64,000 nt of DNA from Phoronis australis (lineage: Eukaryota > Animalia > Phoronida), in the NCBI GenBank assembly GCA_002633005.1, contig NMRA01000032.1, forward strand, positions 1,230,197-1,294,196, read 5' to 3'. Both the position numbers and the translations under genes were made by a program. The notes below the pieces were generated by a model. That model ran no database searches. It was not told where the DNA came from and saw only the letters and a list, made by a program, of their open reading frames with translations. The stretch's first letter is position 1, and each line of letters begins with the position of its first letter. Shown here in pieces: positions 1-12,755 of the stretch.

Positions 1-60
1 ACATACTATAAACAACCTGGCAAGTGTTCAACTTTTATTCCTCAATGGAATTATTACAAA

Positions 61-297
61 CAGAGGCGGACGGATCTACAGGGGAGGGTTCAGGGGGTTC
101 AACCCCCCCCCTCAGGACAGGATCAAAAATAAAAATTGAAGAAAAAAAATTCACCAGAAAAACGAAATCAGCTACTAAAAACCACAAAAAAATCTTACAC
201 AGGAGGGGGAAACGACCTTCCATCCACTCGGCACTAAGCGCCTCGCATTTGCTCGAATCCTAAACCCCCCCTTACTGAAAATGTAGATCTGCCACTG
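61..297. mobile_element. Non-autonomous DNA transposon (MITE) with CAGWGGC termini
   Basis: CAGAGGCGGA..TCTACA at 61 and TGTAGATCTGCCACTG ending at 297 are imperfect terminal inverted repeats, with G/C-run subterminal sequence. Confidence 0.6.
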
Positions 298-345
298 ACA
301 AAATAAAAGGAACATTTGCAGGATCAGAATAATGAACAAAATTTC

Positions 346-3300
346 CAGCCTCATGACTCTTAACTGTAAAATTTGTACCATCTATTGCTATACTGAAACA
401 ACTAATCTAAATGATGACAGGAACACCTCAAAACTTTCACCTGTAATGGGTAAACGTCTCTGACAGCAGAATACCATTTCAACTCATAGTTTGCCACCTT
501 GTGGCAGTTCCAATACCATCTGCAGGTTTAGGTTTTATTCTAAAAACAAGTGATAGTTACATGAAGACATGACATTAACATTACTGAAGAGTACATCCTT
601 AACAATAGTGTAACTGTACGCAAGTAATTCAACACTAGGCATTCTGGGAAATAAATAGAGTCGTCCAATATGAGTTTACTCAGAGTCTGGGTGCAATACA
701 ATTAACGTAGGCAATGGAGGAGACTAAAGGGGGTCAACGTCTCCCCTGTTCATCGCAGCAGTCAATCTCAGATTGTCAATACATAGACTTACAATTTCAC
801 TTAGTCAATACATTATGCTTGGTCCCCCTGTTGAATAGTTCTGGCTATGCCAGTGAGTACTGCCCTGACAAATTATCTTCATCCTGTCACATGACGGTCA
901 AGGTCGCAATAACCTGAGTGCAGTGTCCTGGCTGGACCCCACAGAGATGTCAAAAAAGCCTCGATGATACCACAAAAATATCTGTTACGAAGTAATGATC
1001 ATCTCACAATAACATCACACGGATGTCACAATGATCTTGTGATGATCTCACAGACATAACGAGGACTTTGTGATCATGGCTCCCTCGTTCACTCATGAAA
1101 ATCTGATGATGTCACATCAACATAACCGGTCACGAAAATGTTAGTTGCAGTCCATGTACTTTCCCATTCAAACAGCCAATCACAACTAGTGGGTCGTCAT
1201 GACTACCGCTGACAGTCACAGTGCTAACCCAGTCGTCCGTTTGATAACTCGCCATCTCCTGCAAATGAAGAGATATCTGTCAACACTTTGAAAAGTTCTG
1301 AATGCAAAGCACTTATAACTTCAAAATATTTTGCGCATTGTTACAGTAATATCACCAGCCACAAATTGACTACAATCTAGCTGACATTACTTTCACCCCA
1401 ATATTCTAGGGGACCAGTTTGTCTCCCACAGTTGTCTTGAATGAAGGCATAACTTTCCTATTAGTCTACCTTACATGCGGTAACTATTTACCTTTCCCTT
1501 GTGGAGCACATAGAATCCATTAAAATGGCCAGCACAGACTATCAGGTCTTCACACTCCGGGTTTGGCGCTCGCACTCTTGACAAACTAGTCAGTGTTGAT
1601 CCCCTGCTCCAGTATTCAGTGGAAAATATCTAAACAATAAGAAAGCAGTTGGAAAATTAATGCAAACACTATCAGCAAGGTCCACATAAACAATGATGGA
1701 ATTTGAAACAGCTTAGTCATGAAAGGTCTATCTGATCACGTTCTGAGCAGGTAAATAGAGAGCTCACAATTTGACAACTAATTTATGTTGTTGCCTCACC
1801 TTGGTTCAATTGTTGTGAGGAAGGTAAAAATTCGTCAGATTGGAACACAGTATGGCAAACAGGTGAAATTTCATTTTGTCAAATTTCTCAACAGAAATGA
1901 CTTTTCAGTAAAATTTACATTGTTTTTAGAATGATTTGCTTGGTGTAGCTACTACTAAACAACATTTGGTTGAAGTTTTGAGAATTTGCAAAGATACTTC
2001 TGAAGAATAAAATATGGCAACTGAAGCAATTATTTTTGTCCTACATTGAAGATTTTTTACCATAGTTCTAGGTAAAAGTTATTTTTGTCAAAATTCAATT
2101 CAAGATTAATACACAGAGACACATCAGGTTGATCCATAGATCAAAAATATTACATAATTGATTCAGGGTATTTTTTACGATAAACTGGCACACACAGCCA
2201 ACTGAAAATTTCTCAACAGCCATTTTATTTTAAGCAAATCATTTAAAAGAATACTCGAGGTATCTTATTTGCTTTGAATTTATTACACCAAAAAACAGAA
2301 TAATCTACAACTGGATTAAACTATGATTCAACATTTTTAATTCACAAACTGAAATGTTTTTACCTCAAAGTCCTGAAGAATGTATATGGCCCCAGTTTCA
2401 CCTCCCAGAGCCACCTGTTGGAAAGCACCGTTAACATCCTGAACTTGGTCCCTGGCAGAGTCAAACATAAAGTGTCCTGCACACATCTAAAAAGAGATAA
2501 ATGACAATCATAAAGGCCAAAAAGCAATCTTTGTTTTTTTTNNNNNNNNNNNNNNNNNNNNNNNNNNNNNNNNNNNNNNNNNNNNNNNNNNNNNNNNNNN
2601 NNNNNNNNNNNNNNNNNNNNNNNNNNNNNNNNNNNNNNNNNNNNNNNNNNNNNNNNNNNNNNNNNNNNNNNNNNNNNNNNNNNNNNNNNNNNNNNNNNNN
2701 NNNNNNNNNNNNNNNNNNNNNNNNNNNNNNNNNNNNNNNNNNNNNNNNNNNNCAGCCTCATGACTCTTAACTGTAAAATTTGTACCATCTATTGCAATAC
2801 TGAAACAACTAATCTAAATGATGACAGGAACACCTCAAAACTTTCACCTGTAAAGGGTAAACGTCTCTGACAGCAGAATACCATTTCAACTCATAGTGTG
2901 CCACCTTGTGGCAGTTCCAAAACCATCTGCAGGTTTAGGTTTTATTCTAAAAACAAGTGATAGTTACATGAAGACATGACATTAACATCATTACTGAAGA
3001 ATACATCCTTAGCAATAGTGTAACTGTACGCAAGTAAAGCAACACTAGGCATTCTGGGAAATAAATACAGAGTCATCCAATTTGAGTTTACTCAGAGTCT
3101 GGGTGCAATACAATTGACGTAGACAATGGAGGAGACTAAAGGGGGGTCAACGTCTCCCCTGTTCATCGCAGCAGCCAAACTCAGATTGTCAATACATAGA
3201 CTTAGAACTTCACTTAGTCAATACATCATGCTTGGTACCCCTGTTGAATACTTCTGACTATGACAGTGAGTACTGCCCTGACAAATTATCTTCATCCTGT

Positions 3301-4959
3301 CACATGACGGTCAAGGTCGCAATAACCTGAGTGCAGTGTCCTGGATGGACCCCACAGAGATGTCAAAAAAGCCTCGATGATACCACAAAAATATCTGTTA
3401 CGAAGTAATGATCATCTCACAATAACGTCACACGAATGTCACAATGATCTTGTGATGATCTCACAAAGACATAACGAGGACCTTGTGATCATGGCTCCCT
3501 CGTTCACTCATGAAAATCTGGCGATGTCACATCAACATAACCGGTCACGAAAATGTTAACTGCAGTCCATGTACTTTCCCATTCAAACAGCCAATCACAA
3601 CTAGTGGGTCGTCATGACTACCGCTGACAGTCACAGTGCTAACCCAGTCGTCCGTCTGATAACTCGCCATCTCCTGCAAATAAAGAGATAACTGTCAACA
3701 CTTTGAAAAGCTCTGATGAAAAATGCAAAACACTTATAACTTCAAAATATTTTGCGCATTGTTACAGTAATATCACCAGCCACAAATTGACTACAATCTA
3801 GCAGACATTACTTTCACCCCAATATTCTAGGGGACCAATTTGTCTCCCACAGTTGTCTTGAATGAAGGCATAACTTTCCTATTAGTCTACCTTACATGCG
3901 GTAACTATTTACCTTTCCCTTGTGGAGCACATAGAATCCATTGAAATGGCCAGCACAGACTATCAGGTCTTCACACTCCGGGTTTGGTGCTCGCACCGTT
4001 GACAAACTAGTCAGTGTTGATCCCCTGCTCCAGTATTCAGTGGAAAATATCTGAACAAGAAGAAAGCCGTTGGAAAGTTAATGCAAATACTATCAGCAAG
4101 GTCCACATAAACAATGATGGAGTTTGAAACACCTTAGTCGTGAACGGTCAACTTCATCACGTTCTGAGCAGATAAATAGAGAGCTCACAATTTGACAACT
4201 AATTTATGTTGTTGCCTCACCTTGGTTCAATTGTTGTGAGGAAGGTAAAAATTCTTCAGATTGGAACACAGTATGGCAAACAGGTGAAATTTCATTTTGT
4301 CAAATTTCTCAACAGAAATGACTTTTCAGTAAAATTCACATTGTTTTAAAATGATTTGCTTGGTGTACCTACTACTAAACAACATTTGGTTAAAGTTTTG
4401 AGCATTTGCAAAGATACTTCTGAAGAATAAAATATGGCAACTGAAGCAATTATTTTTATCCTAAATTGAAGATTTTTTACCATAGTTCTAGGTAAAAGTT
4501 ATTTTTATCAAAATTCACTTCAACATTAATACACAGAAACATATCAGGTTTATCCATAGATCAAAAATATTACATAATTGGTTTAGGGTATTTTTACGAT
4601 AAACTGGCACACAGCCAACTGAAAATTTCTCAACAGTCATTTTATTTTAGGCAAATCATTTAAAAGAATACTCGAGGTATCTTATTTGCTTTGAATTTAT
4701 TACACCAAAAACAGTATAATCTACAACTGGATTAAACTATGATTCAACATTTTTAATTCACAAACTGAAATGTTTTTACCTCGAAGTCCTGAAGAATGTA
4801 TATGGCCCCAGTTTCACCTCCCAGAGCCACCTGTTGGAAAGCACCGTTAACATCCTGAACTTGGTCCCTGGCAGAGTCAAACATAAAGTGTCCTGCACAC
4901 ATCTAAAAAGAGATAAATGACAATCATAAAGGCCAAAAAGCAATCTTTGTTTTTTTTTT
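346..4959. repeat. ~2.2-kb direct duplication (346-2541 and 2753-4959) separated by an N gap; probable uncollapsed haplotypes
   Basis: Near-identical copies with scattered SNPs and small indels. Both copies end exactly at the gap 2542-2752. Confidence 0.85.
1492..2486 (-). CDS. Second copy of exons 6-7 of the beta-propeller gene (2486-2364, 1629-1492), probably the other allele
   Basis: Same exon lengths (123 and 138 nt) and intact GT-AG splice sites as 4902-4780 and 4050-3913. Differences are mostly synonymous, with one T/R change. It lies in the duplicated block 346-2541. Confidence 0.7.
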
Positions 4960-7900
4960 GATAATTGACTCAGTAGTGCACAATTTTTCTAAGTTATACA
5001 CTTTTTAAAAGAGAAAATCCACCCAAGGCGATAAAAAATGATGCAAGATTTGTTTCTTTATCACTTGACAAGCCATGGTGTTTCAAACATAGCTAAACTT
5101 TGTTAATATACCTTTGTGCAGCTTTTCAAAAAACTCACGAAACCTTCGATGAAACTGCAGTGGATGGACTTTTTTAGGCATTGCCAGCAGGGGCCAGTTC
5201 CAAGAAACTGACTTAAGTTCATTTTTGACCGAAGCCTAAGATTTGTCTCAAGTAACAAACTTTGAAACTTCCACATCTGGTAAGTTAGTTAAAATTAAGA
5301 CAAAACTGAAGTCTTAAACTTAAGTCAAACTTAGACCTCTTTCTTGAAACAGACTTGGAACAAATTTAATCTTAAAATTGATTGAAATCTAAGATTTTTT
5401 TAGCTAAGTCAGTTTCTTGGAAAGGGCCCGTGGTTTCAAAATGAGTTGGGTAGAGACCAGAACTACCCATCTTTTTTGGCTTCACAAGCTCTTTCAATCT
5501 AGAAACAGAAATAGATTTCTAACACTGATGAACAGTAGAAAGCCCCAGTAGATACTCTTTTGAAAAAAAGTTGAAATTTTATTAGGAAACCGGGTCATTC
5601 ACTGGTTTCTTGTAGTTGGACAATGTTTCTATACATCAAGCGGGAAAACTGGTATTGCTGTCCGCTTTTGATATCAGGAGAGTTTTTATTGTGTTGCCAC
5701 AGGGTAATTATCACATTTCAGTTTAAGTTTAGCGATGTCTTCATGGCAATAAAATACCAGCTGAAATAAACTGAAATGTCCAAGACAGAAACTGATAATT
5801 GAATTCCTCATGAAAAATTAACGTAGAATCTTCTTTTGTAGAAGAAATACAATAAAAATTGGGAAAAATTCTATAATTTGTTTTTATTTGTTGACAACAG
5901 TTTTGAGTTGATTCGTGCTCACATTAATGTAATCATTCAGAGTGACAGATAATTGGTGTTTGCATTATCATATTGGACAAAAGATTGAGTCCGGCGATTA
6001 ACAAAAGGAAGATTGATATCAGGCCTCTGAAAACAGCACTAAACGAAAGTAGCTCCTTGTAATTCGTACTCTGGGCGATGTTTTTTGTTCAACAATAACG
6101 ATATATATCATTTTTAAAAACAATGCTTAAAAAACACAACTGCTTCAAAACCCACGGATACAGAATAGAAGTTACGTACATGTTCAACAAGTGATAATAC
6201 TCACGGCTGTAATATTGGCTGGTGTTTGCAAACACAACACAAGCGCCCCCTGTTGGAAAACATGCAACCTACGGCAGCTGTCACCAACTAATACATAACT
6301 GGATACGTTACCACTCGAGTCACACAAGTTGACAGCGAACAGACTCAACACAGACAGTGAATTAGCGGAGTCCTGAAAAATAAAAAACACAATTTTCAAA
6401 AAATAGCATGTAAAAGATGTTCCATCCAGGCACTGCTTTATCTAAAGTCGCATAATGTGGCAAGGTCAAATTTGACAAGTTTACACTAAAATAGAACAAT
6501 TGTATAGTAGAAAGCTAGCTCACAAGGCAGTAATCAGCTCCACTCCTATCACAGTACAATTGGGTAAAATGTTACCTCTGTATGCTTTTATCTCTAATCA
6601 TTATTTTGAACAAAAATTGAGATTTAGAAAAATAATGTTGACTGTGACTTTAAACCCAAAAGGCATCTTTTGAAGGGTAACAATTTTTCAAAATACATTT
6701 TGAAGTGGGCTTTAGTAACTGCAATTCTTCACTTAAACCCCTTCCCACTTTTTGCACAACTTCTATTTATTGACAAAAAATAAACATGATTCAATGAAAA
6801 GGAAACTTAACCACTTTTATTATATTTTATGCAAACTTTACTATAAAAATTACAGAAACAAAAAATTCTGAAAATTCATAAGCTTACTGTGTGTGGTGCA
6901 ACATCCGCTAGTCTGACACGTTCTGAAGAGCCGTAGGGCTTGATGAAGTAAACATGGCCATCTGTGTCACTGCAGACAATCCTAATATTTCCCACTGCAA
7001 AAGAGAAATGAGTCACACGTCTTTAACAATGAATAACTGAAAATAACAGTAGCAAAAACTAAATGCAGTCTGTCATAGTCACTTACAGGGATCCCACATT
7101 TTGAGAACCAGTTTCCTCAAATAAATAATATGCGTCAAACTGGTTCTCAAAATTGGGACCCTCCCAGTGACAACTGCCTGATTATTAATAATCCTAGTTT
7201 GAAAACTATCTTAATTTCGCCTTGTTTTATAGCTGATTAAAAACGAAAATCGAATTGTTCTTTACCTCCATAAAATCAATATCACAATATTCTTCACAAT
7301 GATAGGATTCTATATCCATTACCAACAAGAACTTCGAAACTATCAATGACTGAAGGAAACATTTCAGAAATTATGGTAATTCTCCACTTATTTTGCACAA
7401 AATAATTGCAAAAATGTCCATTTTCCATTTTTGAAAGGCTGGTTACCCTTTTGCAAATCAGCAATTTCAGCAAATGTCGCATTCCGACAATTACACACTA
7501 CAATCCACGCTCGTAATAGACTAAAATGTCCTTAAATAACATAGAATTTCACTCGTCAACCATCTTGTAAACTAAATAAGTTAAAATTACTGTATTGGGT
7601 CGCTTACACTAATATAGTGAATTTCGAAAATGGTGGATGTACGCATGGCCTGTGACTGGGCAACAATTCAAGATTAGATGAACATAGAGATGTTTTTAAA
7701 TCCCACGCCACTTCAGTCAAGAATTCAGTATTGACAACTAAACAGCAAAGAAATGCGACATTAAAAACATAAATTTAACAACATGCAACAGAGTCTTAAT
7801 TCTTAAATATAACTTCTTTCAACAGCGCAATTGTAAAATCACACAAAATAAACAACACCGTAAGTGGAAAAAAAGTTGATGTCAAATAAGAACAAATAAA

Positions 7901-10733
7901 ACAAAAATCAGTTTTAAAAAGTTTAAAAACCACACACACAAAACAACACTGGACAACTCGGGGATCATCCATTTCTATCAGTCTTCGTCTTAAAGAATGA
8001 TTCCAAATCATTCTCTTACAGCGCTCAACTTTTTTTTGGAATACATTAAGCGTGCACGTTGATCATTATTAATCATCCTCCGATGTGCTTATTTTTGAGT
8101 GTTTTTAAAGACGTCTAAATAGTAATGGAAAATCTCTCAGTACTAACAGAGTACAGTGTTAGTGCGATGATTGAAAAGTGACAAAGAGCCAAAAAATGTA
8201 TAAGTACAGTTCCATCCTCAACTTACACGGGTCATCCCCAATAGTTAGGCAGCTGAGACAATGGGTGGATATGCACTTTCTCATCAAAATTTGACCATTA
8301 CAAAAAATTGTAAGCGTGCCGTGGTTGTCAGTGCAGACGATGTCTGTTGACTTGAAGCGAGCGACGTCATGCAAGCAGATATTTTGTATTGATCCACCTT
8401 TTGTTTCAAACACATCTTGAGTCTGCAAGAACATAAAAATAAAAATGTTTGCAATACGTCCCAAAATAATACAAATGAAAGTTATGAACTTGTCATTATT
8501 TACTGACATTATTTTTCAAAACTCTTACGAAATGTACGCTTATTGGCAGCCCCTCTCCCTGCCCCAAAAAGAGAGCTTCAAGAGGCATTTTCCACCTCTA
8601 CAGATAATTTTCACTGATATTTTTCAAAAACTTTAAAACCACAGGTCAACTGTTAATCTCCTTCCCTCAACGTTCTGTGTGCTTTTGAACATAATGTTCC
8701 CAAAGGCATGCAAAAATAGACAAAGCTCAACAATGATTCAGTTTGCAAACATTTTAAATCTTGTCAGTATGTCATCTGCTGGCCACATCACGTGGCCTAA
8801 CAAATAGAAATCTGAAAAGATTAGTGCCCCCGACCAAACTCGAATCCAGGACCTTCTGCTAACCGTGCAGACACTCTAGCCACTGAGTCATCTGGACCAC
8901 ACTGTTACCTGAAAGTCCTGGCTTTGAGTCCCGGTCCAGGGCAGAAATCTTTTCAGACTTATATTCATTAGGTCACTTGATGTGGTCATCAGATGGCGTG
9001 CTGACAAGACTTAAAATGTTAGCAACATATTTTTCACGCCGTATTGAGATTAACGTACATTTACAATGATTTTGTTTGACGATGGTTATAAGATTCTTGA
9101 AACATTAACATAAGTACCTTTAATTGTTCTTTAACATTTGCAGGAATTTTATAACTTCTTATCACTCCATCATCCTGTCCCAAAACAATAACAGTGTCTT
9201 GACTTCTGTAAAGATAATTAATAGATAATAAATAGATAATACAAAACCAATTAAAGCCAATATTATTACATTTTCATGACATCTTTTATTCTATTAATGC
9301 CTAGCAAAAACAATGGCATGTAACCCATAAACAAGTGCTTGAGCGTGGTCAAAACTTGGGGGTCTGATTCAGAGCAACTCAACCGTGAACACTAAATCTG
9401 AGACAGCTGCTTGGACTCAGACCAGTCGGCTAGCCAGAAGTGGGGTGCCGTGCCGGCTCAGACTACAAACTCCTTACAGTTTAGTGGTTGATAATCTGGA
9501 CAGGTTGGGAGCTTTATGCTGATGTAGGTAAAAAATGGCCAAATAAAATCTGACACAAAATTAGTATCATTAAAAACTACGCTCTTCCTTGAATAAACAA
9601 AATTTTTACAGGTGTTGAAAAAATGGCATTATACCGTTATTCTGCTGCTAAAATTGTGGAACGATCTTTTGCATTGGCTTTCAGCACAATGAAATATTGC
9701 ATCACCTATTGGCCAGTTTCTTTTTTCGCAGATTCTTCAATCAACTGTTGTTCTTTCACGAGATTGCGTACACGTTACAAAATTAGTGTCATTAAAAACG
9801 ACACTCTTCCTTGAGTAAACAAAAATTTTTACCAGTGTTGAAAAAATTGATGTTCTACCGTTATTCTGCTGCAAAAATTGTGGAGCGATCTTTTGCATTG
9901 GCTTTCGGCGCCATAAAATATTGTGTCACCTATCAATTGGCCACTTTTATTTTTCCCCAATTCTTCAATCAACTGCTGTTCTTTTACAAGATTGTGAACA
10001 CGTCACAACAAAATTATCAGAACTGGTCTCACTTCATTATGAGTATATAGAATTTTGATACCAGCAAATTGAATTTTAGAATAAGCTTTGCTGCTGCAAA
10101 ACTGCCATCATCTCCCGAGAAATGTGGCATAGAATTTAGGAAATGGCATGTGCTGTGCACATGTCATGAGCGTACTGTTTTCAAAATGACGACATACAGT
10201 TGCAAAAGGCAGAGAATTATGTAAGAAAATGATGTTTGTTAGATTGTTTTTCATTCAAATGGCTGTAAAGGACAAGGTGAGTGTCGGATGACTCCCAGAT
10301 TTCGTAAGCATCCCTGCCGATCAGTGGAGTGGGGCTTAATAATTAGCTTTCATTTTACATATTGACACAAGTTTCACGGCGAGGTGACAAACAGAACTAC
10401 CCGGACTGTATTGCAATTTCGAGGTCTGTCAGAGCTGAACATATGTGGTACCCAACTGTATTTTGACTATAGTCTTCAGACAGCTAGCTAGTTGACTAGC
10501 CAAACAGTGCCAATGGCAATGGACTGGAACTGTGCCTGTGACTGTGGAAGGCTGAGTGAGAGAGAAGTTTGGCACAGGATGTTGTTGAGCTAGAAAGAAT
10601 ACGCAAACTTGAAAGCACCTCACACATACTTGAATAAGGAACCGACAGCCAATGTTCCATGATTCTGTGACAGCAGTTCTGACCACAAACTGCTCACAAC
10701 CACAGACTCCAGCTTTCCAGCCAAACCCGGCAT
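3913..10733 (-). CDS. Uncharacterised beta-propeller-like (WD40/FG-GAP-type) protein, exons 1-7; the gene continues past the left window edge
   Basis: GT-AG exons join in frame: 10733-10630 (MPGLAGK...TLAVGSLFK), 9205-9118 (SQDTVIVLGQDDG...), 8422-8227 (TQDVFETKGGSIQNICLHDV...IVCTDNHGTLTIF), 6994-6888 (GNIRIVCSDTDGHVYF), 6372-6205 (...YVLVGDSCRRLHVF), 4902-4780 (MCAGHF...QVALGGETGAIYIL), 4050-3913 (...DLIVCAGHFNGFYVL). All splice phases are compatible. The repeated hydrophobic-strand + G/D-D-G turn pattern suggests propeller blades. Exon 1 is the least certain. No family is recognised with confidence. Confidence 0.8.
5191..5429. mobile_element. MITE with GGGCC termini (PIF/Harbinger-like)
   Basis: GGGCCAGTTCCAAGAAACTGACTTA ... 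TAAGTCAGTTTCTTGGAAAGGGCCC form ~25-bp inverted termini. Confidence 0.6.
7088..7166. repeat. Short palindromic element
   Basis: ATTTTGAGAACCAGTTT ... AAACTGGTTCTCAAAAT is a perfect 17-bp inverted repeat with imperfect GGGA/TCCC extensions. Confidence 0.55.
8743..9025. mobile_element. Palindromic element built from inverted tRNA-derived (SINE-like) halves
   Basis: ~90-bp imperfect inverted arms (GCAAACATTTTAAATCTTGTCAG... / ...CTGACAAGACTTAAAATGTTAGC). The minus strand at 8822-8897 has A-box-like (GACTCAGTGG) and B-box-like (GGATTCGAGT) motifs; a partial tRNA-like 3' end lies on the plus strand. Confidence 0.6.
9554..10015. repeat. Diverged ~222-bp tandem duplication in intron 1
   Basis: ACAAAATTAGT(A/G)TCATTAAAAAC... 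recurs at ~9555 and ~9777. The ORFs 9623 and 9811 share YRYSAAKIVERSFALAF because of it. Confidence 0.8.
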
Positions 10734-10779
10734 TACAGATACTATCGACCTCTAACGGTAGTTTTTTGTTGACGGAAGT

Positions 10780-10900
10780 GACACCTAGTGGTGGAGCGAC
10801 AAACTTGTCACCGTGGTTCGATGAAGCCCGCTCGCCGCGCCGCGGCGGGTCCGCCTTATCTAACAGTAGAGGCATGCACTGACGGGACGAACCACTCAAG
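10780..10900 (-). promoter_or_regulatory. CpG-rich putative promoter of the beta-propeller gene, with a CTCF-like motif
   Basis: A local CpG cluster (CGCTCGCCGCGCCGCGGCGG) lies just upstream of the ATG at 10733. CCACCACTAGGTGTC on the minus strand at ~10779-10794 resembles the CTCF core. Confidence 0.4.
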
Positions 10901-10926
10901 TATGGGCCGGGGGTCACAACAAAATT

Positions 10927-11609
10927 TGCTATGAAAGGGTTCACCTCATGTGGCAGAAAATTTAAGAAAGGGTCCAATTTTACAACAGAACTTTAGCAAA
11001 AGTTGAGCCCCTTCCGTCCAACCGGACGGTTTGTTAAGGATTTTGTAAAATAAGTATTTTGTATGCTTAAAACCAAATACAAAGATTATGTTGTTATAAT
11101 CTCTACAAATGAAAGGATGGTGTTTTCAATTAAACTTCCCGTGGGTCTCTTTTAGTCGAGTTAACAGTGTTTAACGAAACAGTACATTTAGAGATCAATT
11201 TTGACTGCCGTCGGAGGCCGGTGCATATTTTATATTCCATAGGCGGATTTAGGGGGGGGGGGGGCCCAGGGGGCCCGGGCCCCCCCCCCCCCCCCCCTNT
11301 GCTATGAAAGGGTTCACCTCATGTGGCAGAAAATTTAAGAAAGGGTCCAATTTTACAACAGAACTTTAGCAAAAGTTGAGCCCCTTCCGTCCAAACCGGA
11401 CGGTTTGTTAAGGATTTTGTAAAACAAGTATTTTGTATGCTTAAAACCAAATACAAAGATTATGTTGTCATAATCTCTACAAATGAAAGGATGGTGTTTT
11501 CAATTAAACCTCCCGTGGGTCTCTTTTAGTCGAGTTAACAGTGTTTAACGAAACAGTACATAGAGATCAATTTTGACTGCCGTCGGAGGCCGGTACATAT
11601 TTTATATTC
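10927..11609. repeat. ~310-bp direct duplication around a single N (11299); the first copy is followed by a MITE end
   Basis: 10927-11237 matches 11300-11609 with a few SNPs. Copy 1 continues into CATAGGCGGATTTAGGGGG..., copy 2 does not. Confidence 0.8.
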
Positions 11610-12755
11610 TACCATGGAATGGACACAATAAATATTAATTGTATGATTTGGTAACCTACTTGATAATTTTCCATAGGAAGTGTTGAACGAAGTGTTCTTT
11701 TAAAGGCACATTGAGCCATACATCGGTGGGTAGGCCCTACTTCAATAGTAGGCCTATATGTATTACCTTGGAAACGCCGTTACACTCAGTTACGATGTCG
11801 TTTGTTTAGCTTTTTGTTTTGACACGGGTCTTAAAACATCAACTCAGAGAAATATGGCATCCTTGTGTTATTCACTTTGAGCTGTTGGCCATTTTACCTG
11901 CCGACGTAGGCTGAATATGCCTTTAACTAACTCAGTGCTGATCACGAGAGCTCAGCATGGATTGTGCATTCAATAGGCATCTTGGCTGTTTTATGGGGGC
12001 GTATAAGGCAGGTTTACTGGACTGCAAACAGGAATTTCATCTCTTGCTGGTCAGTTTTTAACCCTGTACCCTTGTCACCCCTAGCCCACTGGTATTCAGC
12101 AGATATAGTAATAAAGCTGTTGTTCGCTTGTTTCGTTGTTCAGTTACTTTGTTAGTCCATTTGATTGTGATGCATTCATTTTGAATTCATTAACCATGCA
12201 TGATTCTCATTCATCATGGAAAACCATGAAAAAGACAAAAATGTTTCTCGTGCATAGAAAACTCATGATGATTGAAAAGGGCAAATACTATGGGTCAAAG
12301 GCCATGGGAGTTCAAAAATTCATTTTGAGAAAGATTCAGTTATGCAAATTTACTCTCTAGTCTACTTTTTTTGGGAAAGGAAAGTCCAAATTATTTCTTA
12401 TCAAGCTCATTTAATAAAGAGACAAATTTACCAACATTATTCCACCATTGATTGTGAGCATGATTGTTTAATAGTAGGGTGAATTTGCAATGCTGAATAG
12501 TTAAGGTGATTATTTTTACATGGTTGTGTCGTTTTTTGTCAATGTTTGCGACCATATTTATTCCTCGGTAAGCTCGCAGGTGTCCTATATTTGCGAGCCA
12601 GTTTAGTCACTCTCCTTTATGTTAAGAAAAGACTTGCTGCGCCTGTGGATGCTTGCTAACTATTTATAACTTGACTGGCAGTATTTAGTGACCAACTTTG
12701 AAATGATATTAATATAAATGATATTAATTTAGTTCATGTTGTTTGATGACTATGC

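Noticed and set aside
346-4959. Tandemly duplicated or mutually exclusive exons 6-7 of the propeller gene
   Set aside because: Both copies end exactly at an N gap and differ at allele-like levels in exon and intron alike; most likely two haplotypes assembled in series.
8822-8897. Functional tRNA gene
   Set aside because: Stems and the anticodon loop are imperfect and it is embedded in a repeat with a non-tRNA tail; treated as SINE-derived.
10033-10130. Alternative first coding exon for the propeller gene (MPHFSGDDG...)
   Set aside because: It is phase-compatible but has a weaker donor, no adjacent promoter-like CpG patch and no blade-like motif; 10733-10630 fits better. Not fully excluded.
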